DNA from: Antedon mediterranea
Taxonomy: Eukaryota > Animalia > Echinodermata
Assembly (NCBI RefSeq): GCF_964355755.1
Contig: NC_092673.1
Coordinates: 35,523,648 to 35,587,647 of the forward strand
Length of the DNA stretch: 64,000 nt
Direction: 5' to 3'
In this document: positions 50,101-63,943 of the stretch, piece by piece
How positions within the stretch are numbered: position 1 is the stretch's first letter
How the letters are laid out: each line of letters begins with the position of its first letter
Program-made: the position numbers and the translations under genes
Notes under the pieces: generated by a model
What the model saw: the letters and a program-made list of their open reading frames with translations, nothing else
What the model was told of the DNA's origin: nothing
Databases searched by the model: none

Positions 50101-53100
50101 AATAGGTTCGAGGGTCAAATGTCATACTTTCGACAATTTTTTTTTTCAATAATGACCCAGATACAGGTTTTCTATAGCCAGCATAGAACTGTTTAGTAAT
50201 TCTCAAAATCACACCTCTGTTACTACTTCGCTTGAAAGTATGCAAATCAGTAGTACAAGAAAGTTGCCATATCTCTCTCTCTCGGTCATTAGCGTTTTCG
50301 AGATACATAAGGCAATTCACTGTAATTTGCATATTTCATATAGCTTGTACTACTAATTTGCATACTTTTGAGGTGCTTGACTTATACTGGCTATATAAAA
50401 CCTGTATCCGAGTTATTTGAGGCCAAAACAAAGTCTGTACATACATTTTAGTTGCATTATATGAAAATATTGAGAAATAATAATAATAATATCCTGGATT
50501 TATATAGCGCCTAATGTTGTGTAACCTCTAAGCGCTGTACATAAACTAATACGAAAAAAGGGAATTCCAACCATGCCAAAACGAAGGCGTGATTTTGGGA
50601 ATTACAAAGCGGTCCTATGCTGACTATAGGAAACATGTATCCGAGTTATTTGAGTCCAAAACAAAGTCTCTACAGACATTTTAGTCGCATTATGTATGCA
50701 AACATTAATAAATGGGGTTGAGGGTCAATTGTTGTATTTCCGCTCATTTTTTCATAAAATGTTTCATTAGAGTAAATATAAATATGTACATTCTGAACAA
50801 GTTATTGAAAAAATCAACTCTCTAGCCTTAGTGGTTTTCGATATATAGGAACCTTTAATTTCACCCTCTAATTTGCATATTTCATGTAACTTGTACTAAT
50901 AATTTGCATACTTTGGAGGTGAGTGATACAGGTGTGATTTTGAGATCTACTAAACAGTCCTATGTTGGCTATTAGAAACCTGTATCGGAGTCATTTGAGG
51001 GCAAAACAAAGTCTCTACAGACATTTTAGTTTCATTTATACGGTATATGCAATATTGAGAAATGGGGTCGAGGGTCAAATGTCATACTTCCGGTCAATTT
51101 TTTGTAAAATGTTTCATTGGAGCAAATAGAAATATGTACATTTTGAATACGGCTGTGAAAAAATCAGCTCTCTAGCATTAGTGGTTTTCGAGATATAGGA
51201 CAACTGTAATTTTTTCCCCTTATTTGCAAATTTTATTTAAATTGTACTACTAATTTGCATACTTTCGAGGTGTGTGACAAAGGTGTGATTTTGGGAATTA
51301 CAAAGTGATCCTATGCTGGCTATTAGGAACCTATGTCTGGGTCATTTGAGGGCAAAATAAAGTCTCTACAGACATTTTAGTCACATTGTATATGCAAACA
51401 TTGAGAAATGGGGTCGAAGGTCAAATGTTGTACTTCCGGTCATTTTTTCGTAAAATGTTTCATTAGAGTAAATACAAATATATACATTTTGAATAGATCA
51501 GTGAAAGAATCAACTCTCTCGGACTAGTAGTTTTTGAGATATGGTAACCTTGTAATTTCACCCTAATTTGCATATTTAAGCTAATTTGCATATCATCGGG
51601 ATGAGTGACAGAGGTGTGATACTCACATTTTGATCTCCTCATCATATATGACCATTTAAAAAAGAAAAATCTCTGTTTGCAATTTGTTTAACTTTGGGCT
51701 GTTTTTTTTGCTAGATTGACTAGCCTATATAAACTCACATGCTTAAATGGTATACTGTAAAAAGTATTTAATTATTTATTCAAAATCACACTCAACAGTG
51801 GGAAACCTGCCTCTTACCCAAGGATGGTGTCATAGTAATTATAGTAGTATTATGTCTAGAGAAGATTTTGAACTAGACTGAATGATAGACCATTATAAAT
51901 AATGTACTCGTAAAATAGGAAATAACAGTTTTCATAATAAAAAAGTGTTGAATCCCACCAGAACAGAACATGGAACTTACCTGTACCAGTAGAGCTTTTT
52001 TGTAATGATTTTGGCTCTCCTTCATCAGTACCGCCATCATCTGTAAATATTATTATACACTTAATGGACTTGATGATGATGTTGCTTACATACAACAAAT
52101 ACAATTTTAGTTAAATCATTCAGTTTAAAGTATAACTTGCAATAATAGTGTTTTATAGCATATCTACAGTAAGGGTGTTTGTTGTATGAGAGAATGTATC
52201 TGGCGGGTGAATATCTGTGATATACTGTACATGGTTCAGTGGGTTCTAACCCTATCCAGAACTTTTTTCATACACTAACAAATATGGAACTTTCCGATGA
52301 TCTATGCTCGACACAATTATGTGATCATGTTCGAAATATGAGGACTGTTTCAATAATTCTACAGTATTATTTATATATAATGTACACAGTGCTATGCCAC
52401 ACATTTAATTTACATATACACATTATTATTTTTAAAAACCTGTTGATAGAGAATTTGTAAAATGAGGAGCATTTTTAGAAAGAATGAAAAACCATACATA
52501 TTTCATATAAATAAACTACAAAGGCTCACCAGTTTGTGATTTGGGTGACATTTGTTCTTCTTTATTGTTGATAAGGAGTTCATCCCATTTCTTGTCCGAT
52601 TCATCTAGAAAATAAAAGAATAAAACTTTTAATATCTTTTAAAATATCTATTTTATTCAGTTCAACCACCAGCGATGAAACCGCCACTAACAGGTTGAAT
52701 CTTAATCTAAATCTTTATTTAAATTAATTTCATCTTTCTGAAATTTGAGTTCCATGGCAGTTTAAAGTGAAGTGAATCAAACATTTTGTCTTAATTTTAG
52801 TATTTAGTTATTTATATATAACTATAACAATAATGTATTTCAAAGGTGGATGGTTTGTTGATAAACAAAACCCACTATTGTGATTTTTCATACATTTACA
52901 CTCTTGGGCTAGGCCCAAAACTGATGGTTTTCAGTATGACAACTTTGGACCTAACCCTCTTGTTTTCAGTTTAGTTTAATTTAAAGTTAAATTTTCATTT
53001 AACTTTCATAAAATGTAAGGCGAGTCCTGTATACATTCTTAATGAAGGGAAATGAGTTGTTAGGAGCTCATTGTACTAAGCCTCGGCATTACGTGGTAGG

Positions 53101-56100
53101 GTGACCTGTTCCTTTCAACACCACATTATCCTTCCTAGTATCCTACAACTAGGTACTCATTTACAGCTCAGTAGACTGAATTAAACCCAGGTTTTTCTGT
53201 ATGATAGCTACTAACTAACAACTCGCCGCTACACCTACTAACTTTAATACAAACTACAAATTACAAATTTCCTACCAAATTCTTCTAATTTTCTCAATGC
53301 ACTGTTGTAATCGTGTTCATTGATAGTAATGTCAACCAATTCACCAAGTTGGTCTTTCTGGTCTTCATCTACTACTAATATTCGGGCTAAATCTTTATGA
53401 AGTGTTTTATTGCAATACATTTTCCATAGCTCTCTTAATGCTTCAAAGTCATGTGACACTACATATAATGCTATACACCCAGTTACTACTTTCTCAAATT
53501 GTAAATCCATTCCACTAAAATAATTCTTGAGCTGTTCCATTATTTTATGAGTTTCTTCAACAATTTTACTACTTAGTTCTTCCTGTTTTCTCATTGATTT
53601 GTAGAGAAGTTCCAACGCATGTGGTTGCTCACTGTCATGGACTGATGAAGAATGTTGGTTCTTAACAAGAGTTACTAATAATTGGACACCTAAATCAAAA
53701 ATAAATTGTAAATAGTACAGTGTAATTAAATTGCATTAGAGCTCATTAAAAATGCTTATTTCTTTAACATTTTTATTTAAATTTATTAATTTATAATTAC
53801 CACAAGCTTAATACAATTTAAATGTTCACTATAATTTAGTTTTTAGTTTTAGTTTTAAAATAAAAAAAAAAAATTTTTGTTGACTAATAAATAAAGGAGA
53901 ATAAATATTAAGGAGAATTCAATCTAAATCCTAGCCCTAAACCATCTCAGCCCCACGGTAAATCTAGTTTGACTTGGGCAGACTCAACTGTACATAGAAA
54001 AGAGTCAATTCTTTTTTGTTATAATTAAACTGCTTCTTTTACACAGGTTTTTTTGTAATAAAATGATCACAAACAAATTTACTCTCACTTCTTTCCTGTT
54101 CAGTGCTTGATAAAGAGGCACCTGTAGGATGAATAAAAATTAATCATCATTTATTTAATATATTATAAAATTAAAGATTATATTTGCCAAATTTAAAGAG
54201 AAACAACAGTAGTAGGTAAACTAAAATAGAGGTTGCATCAACAATAGTTATTATAGATGAGCATACTATGATCAAGATGAGCATACTATGGTTATTAATA
54301 AGATCAAGTCTGGACCAAATTTGGCAGCCAAAAGCATTCCTACCGCCGATTATACCCTGAGCAAACTTTGGTGGCCAAAATTGGTCTGCCCGAACTGGTT
54401 TTAAGAGTGATAAATGGTGCACCAAATACATGCAAAACAAATCCACAGAACTGATTTGGCATGGATCGATTTTGGTGGGTGGGACAGTACAACCCAGAGC
54501 AAACAGAGTTGACATATCTGCAAGATTATTACTGTGTTAAATTTACTAATCCATTTTTGGTTTATCTTGGAAATAATGTTGCAAATAGTGTCCACAAAGT
54601 AGTACATTTTTCCAATTTGATTGTACCTTTTAACTCCTTTAAAGCAGCTTTGTATTCCTTTAACTCAATGTCGGTTGTCCAGTCTTTTAAAAATGTCTCT
54701 TGATTGGCTGGTACTAAGATTTCAGCTAAACCATTGATTAGTTTGTCATTTAGGTGCATGCTCAACAATTTTTTTAAAGCCTTTCTTTTACTTGTACACA
54801 GATAAAAACACAACGATGCTTTTGGATCCTTAATTCCCAATCCATTAAACTTAAATGAGGACAATATACTTTGTTTTAATTTGTTCTGTTGCTCAACAGC
54901 CTCCACACATCCATTAAGCGGACTGAGATTACACTTGGTTTTGACTTTAATTGCAAGTTTTGCATCTTTTAAAGAAAAAGAAAAAAAAAGTTTGTTACTG
55001 TATATGCATACCTCATAAAAAGAAGTAAATAAGAGTGGAATATTCATTAAAACCCTCTTTTGGGACACCTCAATTCAGGGGACAGTCCTATTAAGGAGAA
55101 ACTTTCCCATGAATTGAAGAAGGGGACACTACAGTAAACCTCTATTCAGAGAACACAATTGCTCGAATTAACCAGTGGAAATACAAAATATAGATGCCAT
55201 AAACAAGCGATTATTTTGTCTGTGATTATTATTATTTGCTTTAGTAATTTTGACCTTTTACTGTAGGCCTAAAAGGCATATTATACATACCTCTATTTAG
55301 CAATATGTTCTTTCCACGTTGTCCAAGTCGACAGGCAAATTCCTTTATTTTGTCTGGTTCATCTGCTAACTGTCCATCAATTTCCAATTCAAGTACTGTG
55401 TCCCAAATATTTTGAACATTTTGTAGTCTATAATGAGTAATAACAGCATTGAATCCTTTTGGGTGAACTTCTCTTAATGCCCTAAAAAGGTTTTCCCTAT
55501 ATGATGATAATCTTTCTTCATCAGCACTTTGCTCAACATCTTTTATATAATCAATTACAAGATCGTGAGCATACTTTAATTTTGACAGTTTAGTAATCGT
55601 GACAAGAAGTTGAACACGAGTAGGAGTAATCAAACCTTCTTCGTTCAATACATTCAATAAATGGTTTGCTCCATTAGCATTAGCGGTGATGTCTGCTAAC
55701 GCTAAATGGTCGAATAAACAAAACCGTAACCACAGGTATTTGTCATCATTATAGTGTTTACTAAGAGCAGCTTTTAATTTAGAGAACTTTTCATTTTTAT
55801 CAACTTTTTCTGCCATTTTAGCAATTGTACCAGTCTGCAAAATAAAAATATAAGACAATAAATTTTTAATTTTTAGTGAAATAAATCCAATAGGCATGTC
55901 TCTTTTGAGTTGCTCTCTTTGGCTTTAAATTGTTAACAATACAGTATAATATTTGACATTGTGGCTACAGTATGTGCTTATGCAAATGGACAATTTCTTT
56001 TTTTATTATTAATATTTACTACATAAGTATACATGGTAATGCTGTAATACTGTATATGATGCTAATCAGTTGAGTTTCAAACGTTTTTCAAATAAAAAGT

Positions 56101-58375
56101 TTAAGCTGCGTTTACCCATTTCAAACAAGAAACTCAATACAGAATCAAACATTGTTATTAGGCTTTCAATGTCAATATATGTTTACATTTATACTAGACA
56201 TGATACAGCCAAACTACAGTACATGTACATCCTTCCACATAAAAATATATATAAATTTATTAAAATTATGTATCATCTGTTATTATGAAAAGCAGAAAAT
56301 CCAATTCCTCAACAAAAACAACCATACACAGTAACAAACTGACTTATTCTGTCCGGTCCAGTAGCCTTATTCACTTTGCACCAGCAAACAACTAGTTTTG
56401 ATAATTTTTGTTAAAAATTTATCTTAAGGGTCTTTTCTTTATTTGCTGATTTCAACTTTGTTTTTAACATATTTCTGCTTCACTTTTTTAATTTTGATCA
56501 TCCATGGTTTATTTATTAGGATATAATCTCTTTTCTTAACAGGAACAACAGATTTAACACATAAGCAACAAATGCTTGTCCAGTTTGTTAGTTTAGTTTG
56601 TGCCTTTAAAGCATCCACACAGTTTGTCAATAGCATTGTTAGACCATGGAGGTATAAAATAAGTACCTCCATGGTTAGACCATGTAAGATAATTTAGACT
56701 ACTTGGTATCTAATTTTTTTCTGTAAATAGGTAACAAACAAAGGGTATTGTTTTGTTTTACCCAAAATTTTATTGCAATCACCTCTTATTGAGGTTTAGT
56801 TATCAATAACTAATACACTGTCCGGTATTCGCTGATTCAATCATGTTTCAGTAAAACACATTATGTTAGCATCCCTGTACTCAAATTAGTATGTGGTACT
56901 TATAGTCACTTCATCGATCTTATTTTGTAGCAAACAAACATTTCCAAGTATGATGGTTGGTGCGGGTGTATTTATATTTACTTTACTTTTTCCTAATCCA
57001 AAACCTACTTAATTCTTGTCTCTTTTCTTGATTTCATGTGGGCAAGTTTCAATACGCAGACTTTGAGTTTGAGTTAAAGAATTGATCGCTGTTGTACGCT
57101 TTATATAGGGTAACTGAGAGGTAAAAGTTTTGTTCATCATTCCATAAAAAAAAGCAGTTTTAAAACTTAAACCAACAAAAGCACAATTTACAGCGAATTA
57201 GCCAACAAACGTAAACAATTTCTAATTTCAGGAGTGAATGCCAAAGGTTGTCGCCACATTGCAAATTAAATAAATGTTAGTTGATAGTATCTTTCCTTTT
57301 AAATCAGTTAAACGTAAATTATATAATTGTAAAATAATTATTTAAATATTAACACAATTTGGTTTGCTTTACTTAACTTTAGGTTTGTTCTACTTACAAA
57401 TACTGAGTGCCTTCACTAGTTACAATTATTTAGGTATTTTATTAACAATAAAAAAAGAAAGAATCGTACCTTTGGGTTAAGTGGTAATGTTGATGCATTA
57501 GTGCTTGTAGATGGTTGGTCTAGAGATAAAAATTAAAACCATAAATGTTTACAATAGGGATACAGTATACAGTTTAATACAGTAATATCAGTTAGATAAT
57601 GATTGACTTAACAATGGAGGTATGGTTTAACAATATTATATTAAATATGATTCCATATGAAAAATGTAATTGTTAAAAAATGTATAATAAATTAAGATAA
57701 ACATTGCATAATTTGTATAAAGTATGTTAAAAATAATAATTAAAACGTACCCTCACTCACAATCCTGATCTTTTTCTTTTTTCCAGATACTTTATCATCA
57801 ATTGGACTAAGTCTACTCTTTAACTTATTATTTTCTATCCCCCAAAAAATACCACTCGCTTTTTTGTCCAGAAGCTGTGCAAACTTTGTCACTGACTTCT
57901 CTTCATCCACCAATTGTTTGTCCACCTCCAGAAAGAATACAAAGTCCCAAATCGTAGCAAACTTGTGCTCGCCTAGCTTGTAATGAGCAAGCATGTTTGG
58001 TACTGTTGTTGTATTTTGTCGTATTGCTTTATAAAGTCTTTTGCGATATTCTGATATTGGTTTGCCATTGATAAAGTTGTACTCTTCATTGTTGTTTGGA
58101 TGCTTCAGTTTAAACTGTTCTATTAAATCTATAGCTTTCCTCTTCTCAGTAACTTTAGCGATGTCTAACAGAATTTCTACATCAGTAGGGTTATGATTAA
58201 TATAACCTATGCTTTCAAGTTCATTAAACCATTGAAGTGTTGGGACATCTTCTCTACTCAATTCCTGTCCAGAACAGTGGTCATGTAGAAGAAGTCTTAC
58301 CCACAATCGGTTCTCACCTTTATATCTATCACTTAAACTTGCAAGGAATTCTGCAAATTCTTCTTTTGTTGCCAT
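42563..58375 (-). CDS. Gene A: about 1681-aa multi-DED / TRADD-N-like / ubiquitin / DED / LRR protein (NLR-like, no NACHT)
   Basis: Exons 57751-58375, 57470-57519, 55291-55834, 54627-54965, 54089-54121, 53276-53689, 52530-52604, 51981-52040, 47711-47965, 47494-47598, 47333-47383, 46884-46931, 46426-46521, 45592-46119, 45091-45141, 44804-44854, 44579-44680, 42563-44181; all GT-AG with compatible phases, total 5046 nt. Confidence 0.8.
45592..46119 (-). CDS. Third tandem DED exon of gene A
   Basis: 528-bp phase-1/1 exon, highly similar to 5236-5763. Confidence 0.8.
47711..47965 (-). CDS. Ubiquitin-domain exon of gene A
   Basis: 255-bp phase-1/1 exon (E)[17 protein letters not shown]...[13 protein letters not shown]; 57/76 positions identical to canonical ubiquitin by manual alignment. 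Confidence 0.88.
48405..51729. mobile_element. 3.3-kb foldback-like element with long modular inverted arms
   Basis: Termini tataggctagtcaatctagca / tgctagattgactagcctata; arms built of roughly 340-bp subrepeats, mirrored around about 49900-50500. Confidence 0.8.
53276..53689 (-). CDS. TRADD-N-like domain exon of gene A
   Basis: 414-bp phase-1/1 exon; [38 protein letters not shown]. Confidence 0.65.
54627..54965 (-). CDS. Divergent TRADD-N-like domain exon of gene A
   Basis: 339-bp phase-1/1 exon, paralog of 24525-24869. Confidence 0.6.
55291..55834 (-). CDS. Second tandem DED exon of gene A
   Basis: Phase-0/1 exon [12 protein letters not shown]...[19 protein letters not shown]...[12 protein letters not shown]; paralog of 26250-26766. 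Confidence 0.8.
56400..57050 (-). mobile_element. Decayed LINE endonuclease-region fragment
   Basis: Broken motifs [34 protein letters not shown]...NKPWM. Confidence 0.45.
57751..58375 (-). CDS. First coding exon of gene A: tandem DED
   Basis: [18 protein letters not shown]...[11 protein letters not shown]...[12 protein letters not shown]...[14 protein letters not shown]; acceptor 3 nt before the ATG; donor at 57750. Confidence 0.8.
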
Positions 58376-59239
58376 TTTCTAGTAAAATATATAGAAATAA
58401 ATTAAAATACCTATAATTTAATAATGATTACGTTACCATTACATGCAGCACTTATAAATTATCAATCAATGATTTATTATAGGAATTTAAATATTTGATA
58501 AAGTTGAAAATGACCCTTGACCCCTCTCACTATACTATATTGTATTTTACCATGTTGTATTACAGTACTGTATATGTTTGATATATGATTCAATATTATT
58601 ATTATTATTAACAAAGTATTATAATAGACAACCAAGTGGTAGTAATAAGTGTACACATTATTTTAATAATAAGAGAGTGAAATAATGTATGACGTGGCAT
58701 TTTACTCTTGAATAGTGTAATACCGTATGACTATCAACAAAATGATTTCTCAGCCATGAAACTTGAATACAAACTTTTGTGTTGATAATAATTAAACTGT
58801 AGTAAGCTTATTGATAAAGAAACTTTTCAAGCATGATACATGAACAAAATATGTATGAGGTGCCAAATATCATATAAAAACAAAGTGTAGTATGGCAATA
58901 CAAAAAGTAATATGAGGTGCCAAATATATATGAAAACAAAGTATAGTATGGCCACGACAATTAAAACTAAATAATTAAACAGCTATTTCATTTTTCAATG
59001 TTTTATTGTCTGATATGTAAACATATTTTAAGCGATTGCAGTTGAATTGTATACAAATAATGCATGTTTGAATTAAAGATAAATTTAAATGGGTTTCCAT
59101 TTAAAGTTTTGTTAGTTTGAGAGAATGAATGTAAAACAGATCTCTGTGTCTCTCTTATATGTATTACTTACTGTCATCCTTTATATCATTTATTCTTTAT
59201 ATCAAACCAACAGTGTAAAACACCAATAACAGGTTGAAA

Positions 59240-62200
59240 ACTAGACATGTAACTCGTCACTTTGACGAGTTTGGTTATCCGCCGCGCAAGTGGTGCAACA
59301 TTAACATTAAGGGGATAGGTTGTGAGGACAAAAGGAAGTGTTCACGTTGGCATTATGACCTGAACTGAAGAATATGATATGTTGTTATTGCTGAATTTTA
59401 TTATTTAAATTCATATATAGTATACACAGTATAATCTGTATCCATATCACATACAGTGTAGAATAGGTGAAATTACGGGACCCGCTGTTTATTGCAATTT
59501 TTAACATGTTGACGGTTTTAAAATGAAACGCGAAGGTAGCAATTCCGAAAGGAAATTATCTCAGCAACAACGTATTAGCGTGTAGAAGAAATTTGAATAC
59601 GTGAAATATTGATGCGCGCTCTTTTAAATGTAATGAATTATGACGCAAAAGATGAAAATACGACCTTTTTTATTTAACTGGCCATATGATGACGTCACAA
59701 CATCCGATCGGCAACATTTTTATATAATTTCGTATCTACAATCCAATAGCTTCCAGAAAAAGTTTTAATCGTGATTATCACATTTTATTCTTACGAGCTA
59801 TAACAGATTAAAATTTACTGTAAAGATGAAATTGATGCCACACGTGATTTAAATTTTTAGGCATGATGACGTCAAAAAAATTAAAATATTTTTAACTCAT
59901 GCGAAAGATACTTGATTGACCTAGACAATATCAAAATCGGGGTGAAAATGGAAAACGGATAAGTGGAGATGCGCTCTATTCAATGTGATGAGCTATGACG
60001 AAAGATACAAAAATCCTAAATTTTATATTCGCGTGGCCATACGATGACGTCACAATGTCCGGTTAGCCATATTAATACCTGATCCGATATCTACAACTCA
60101 TCTACTTCTAGAAAATGTCATCCACAAAAATTTGACCGTCTAGTTTAAAAATTACGATTGTTTAAAAAAAGGCATATTTTAAACGAATTTTTTAACATTT
60201 TCATAAAAAACGCGCGCAAATTGTCCAATTCGACGTGCTCGTATGACGTATCTTTAAGTCGAAATTGTTTAAAATTTGGTAAAATTACTAGAAAAGGCTG
60301 GAAAAACATAAATCACGCGAAAAAAATACGTTTTCAATGCTACGTGCGCACCGCACACGTAAAAATGTGCGCACGCGTGGGAATTTTTGACATGCTTAAC
60401 ACGACATGAAACGCGTAGAAAGTTGATTATAAATTAATTTTGTTGTTAGTGCTAAATGCTGTATATTTTGTGTCATATACTATTTACAGTATACATAGTA
60501 TAATCTGTATACATATTAATACAGTGTAGGATAGGCGAAATTACGGGTCCCGTCATTTATTCCAATTTTTAACATGGTGACGGTATGAAAATGAAACACT
60601 GATATAGCAATTTCGGAAGGAAATTATCTCAGCAACAACATATTAACGTGTAGAAGAAATTTTAATACGTAAAATATTAATGCGCGCTCTTTTAAATGTA
60701 ATGAATTATGACGCAAAAGATGAAAATACGACTTCTTTTATTTAACTGACCATATGATGACGTCACCACATCCGATTGGCAAAATGTTTACATGAATTCG
60801 TATCTACAATCCAATAGCTTCCAGAAAACGTTTTAATCATGATTATCACGTTTTATTCTGACGAGCTATAACAGATTAAAATTTACTGTAAAGATGAAAT
60901 TTAAGGCACAAGTAATTTAAATTTGTAGGCATGATGACGTCATAACAATTAAAATATGTTTAACTCATGCAAAGGATAGTTGATTGACCTAGACAATATC
61001 AAAATCGGGGTGAAAATGGAAAACGGATAAGTAGAGATGCGCTCTATTAAATGTGATGCGCTATGACAAAAGAGAAAAAATCCCTATATTTTATATTCGA
61101 GTGGCCATACGATGACGTCATAATGTCCGGTTAGCCATATTGATGCATGATACGATATCTACAACTCATCATCTTCCAGAATACGTAATAAAAACAACTT
61201 TTACCGTTTAGTTTAGAAACTACAACTGTTTAAAAAAAGGTATAATTTTGACAAATTTTGATGAATTTTTGAACTTTTTCATAAAAAACGCACATAAATT
61301 ATCCAATTCTACGGGCTCGTATGACCTGATTTTCAGTCGAAATCGTTTAAAACTTGGTAAAATTACTAGAAAAGGCTGAAAAAACCTAAATCACACGGAA
61401 AAAATTGTTTTCAACGCTACGTGCGCACCACGAGCGTAAAAATACGCACGCGCGTGGGAATTTTTTACATGCTCAAAATGACATGAAACGCGTAGAAAGT
61501 TGATTAGAAATTGATTTTTCGCATTTTTAAATTTTAAATGCGCGTGCGCGCGTAACTTCGTGTGAAACATGCCATTTTTTTTCCACAGTCAGTTAGCGCA
61601 GAATATAAATTAAATTTTTGCTAAGTTTCAATTTAAATTGTTATATGGTTTTTGATTTATGTCAAATACGCGAAATTCGTTAAAACGCGCGTAAGTCATG
61701 TTGCGCAATTCTGACGTCATTCAAAAATAAAAAAGCACAACTTCACGTGAATGCCCATATGTTGACAAAGTTATGAAATGTTAACTTTACACGTTTTTGA
61801 GATATGCTCTGCACAAAAATGACAGAAAGAAAGAAGAATACAGAAAAAAAAAAACTAGACATGTAACTCGTCACTTTGACGAGTTAGTTATCCGCACGAC
61901 AAACGCCATGTGCACGTCATACGTTGGAATATTCCACACAGAAAAAGATTATGGCATTATGACCTGAACTGATGAATATGATATGTTGTTAGTGCTGAAT
62001 TCTGTCAATTTTTTGTCTTATAGTATATAGTACAAACAGTATAATCTGTATATATATTATATACAGTGTAGAATAGGTGAAATTACGGGACCCGCCATTT
62101 ATTTCAATTTTTAACATGGAGACGGTATCAAAATGAAACACTAAGGTTGCAATTTTGGAAGGAAATTATCTCGGCAACAACATATTAATGTGTAGAAGAA

Positions 62201-63650
62201 ATTTAAATACGTAAAATATTGGTGCACGCTCTTTTAAATGTAATGAATTATGACGCAAAAGATGAAAATACGACTTTTCTTACTTAACTGGACATATGAT
62301 GACGTCACAACATCCGAATGGCAAAATTTTTACATGATTTTGTATCTACAATCCAATAGCTTCCAGAAAACGTTTTAATCGTGATTATCACATTTTATTC
62401 TTACGAGCTATAACAGATTAAAATTTTCTGTAAAGATGAAATTAATGCCACATGTAATTTAAATTTTTAGGCATGATGACATCATAATAATTAAAATATT
62501 TTTAACTCATGCGAAAGATAGTTGATTGACCTAGACAATATCAAAATCGGGGTGAAAATGGAAAATGGATAAGTGGAGATGCGCTCTATTAAATGTGATG
62601 AGCTATGACGAAAGATACAAAAATCCTCAATTTTATATTCGCGTGGCCATACGATGACGTTAAAATGTCCGGTTAGCCATATTAATACATGATCCGATAT
62701 CTACAACTCATCAACTTCCGGAATATGTCATTCACAAAAAGTTGACCGTGTAGTTTAGAAATTACGACTGTTTAAAAAAAGGCATAATTTTGACAAATTT
62801 TTGTACTTTTTCATAAAAAACGTGTACAAATTGTCCAATTCGACGTGCTCGTATGACGTAACTTTAAGTCGAAAGTGTTTAAAAGTTGGTAAAATTACTA
62901 TAAAAGGCTGGAAAAACATAAATCACTCGAAAAAAATATGTTTTTAATGCTACGTGCGCAACGCACACGTAAAAATGTGCGTACGCGTGGGAATTTTTTA
63001 CATGCTTAAAATGACATGAAACGCGTAGAAAGTTGATTAGAAATTAATTTTGCGCATTTTGAAATTTTAAATGCGCGTGCACGCGTAACTTTTTGTAAAA
63101 CATGCCATTTTTAGTGCACTAACAGTTTGCCCTTCATATGACTTAAATTTTCATAAAGGGTAAACAAAAAATTACTCTTGGTTTTTAAGCTATGATCAAT
63201 CATTAAAAATCATAAAATCGCGCGCAAGTCACGTTGCGCAACTCTGACGTCATTCAAAATAGGAGATGCACAACTTCACGTAAATGCCCACATGTTGTCA
63301 AAGTTATAAAATGTTATGTTTACACATTTTAGAGAAACGTGACTCACAAAAAAATGGGAAAGAAATAAGAAGAATACAGAAAAAAAAAAAAAAAATATTG
63401 ATCCACTACAATCACAAGGAGTTATCCGCTACTAAGCGGATAACTAAAAAAAAAAAAAAGATGATGAAACAGGACAGTTACAAGGAGTTATCCGCTGAAT
63501 GCGGATAACTAAAAAAAGATGATGATTTCGTACAATCACAAGAGGTTATCCTGCAACTTCGTTGCGGATAACCAATGATGATGATGATGATGATGATTTC
63601 GTACAATCACAAGAGGTTATCCTGCAACTTCGTTGCGGATAACCAATAAA
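59240..63650 (-). mobile_element. Tandem/nested copies of the Helitron/Helentron-like element
   Basis: ctagacatgtaactcgtcactttgacgagtt (reverse of hairpin+CTAG end) at 59241 and 61855; about 1.1-kb body repeated three times; gcggataacc ends at 63440-63645; similar to 15007-16154. Confidence 0.65.
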
Positions 63651-63913
63651 AGCTAAACTATAAAATATGAGCCAATATGATCATCATATTATATTTATAA
63701 CATTTATTATATGGTCAAACATGTATAAATGTATACATATCTACATTTCAATAGAAATATGTAACTAATAAATACATAATGGAATTTTGTACTGGAAATA
63801 AAACATTAATTATTTATCAACCTAAACACTGACTTGCTTCTATTCCCAAAATAATTAAGTACAACTACAGCAAACATTTATTTAATATGGTTAAAATACA
63901 CTTTACAACTTAC

Positions 63914-63943
63914 CCTGTTTTTGTATTGGTTGACACTGAAGTT
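63914..63943 (-). other. Possible 30-bp upstream exon of gene A (5' UTR or coding)
   Basis: ctttttattttcag|AACTTCAGTGTCAACCAATACAAAAACAGG|gtaag. Confidence 0.4.
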
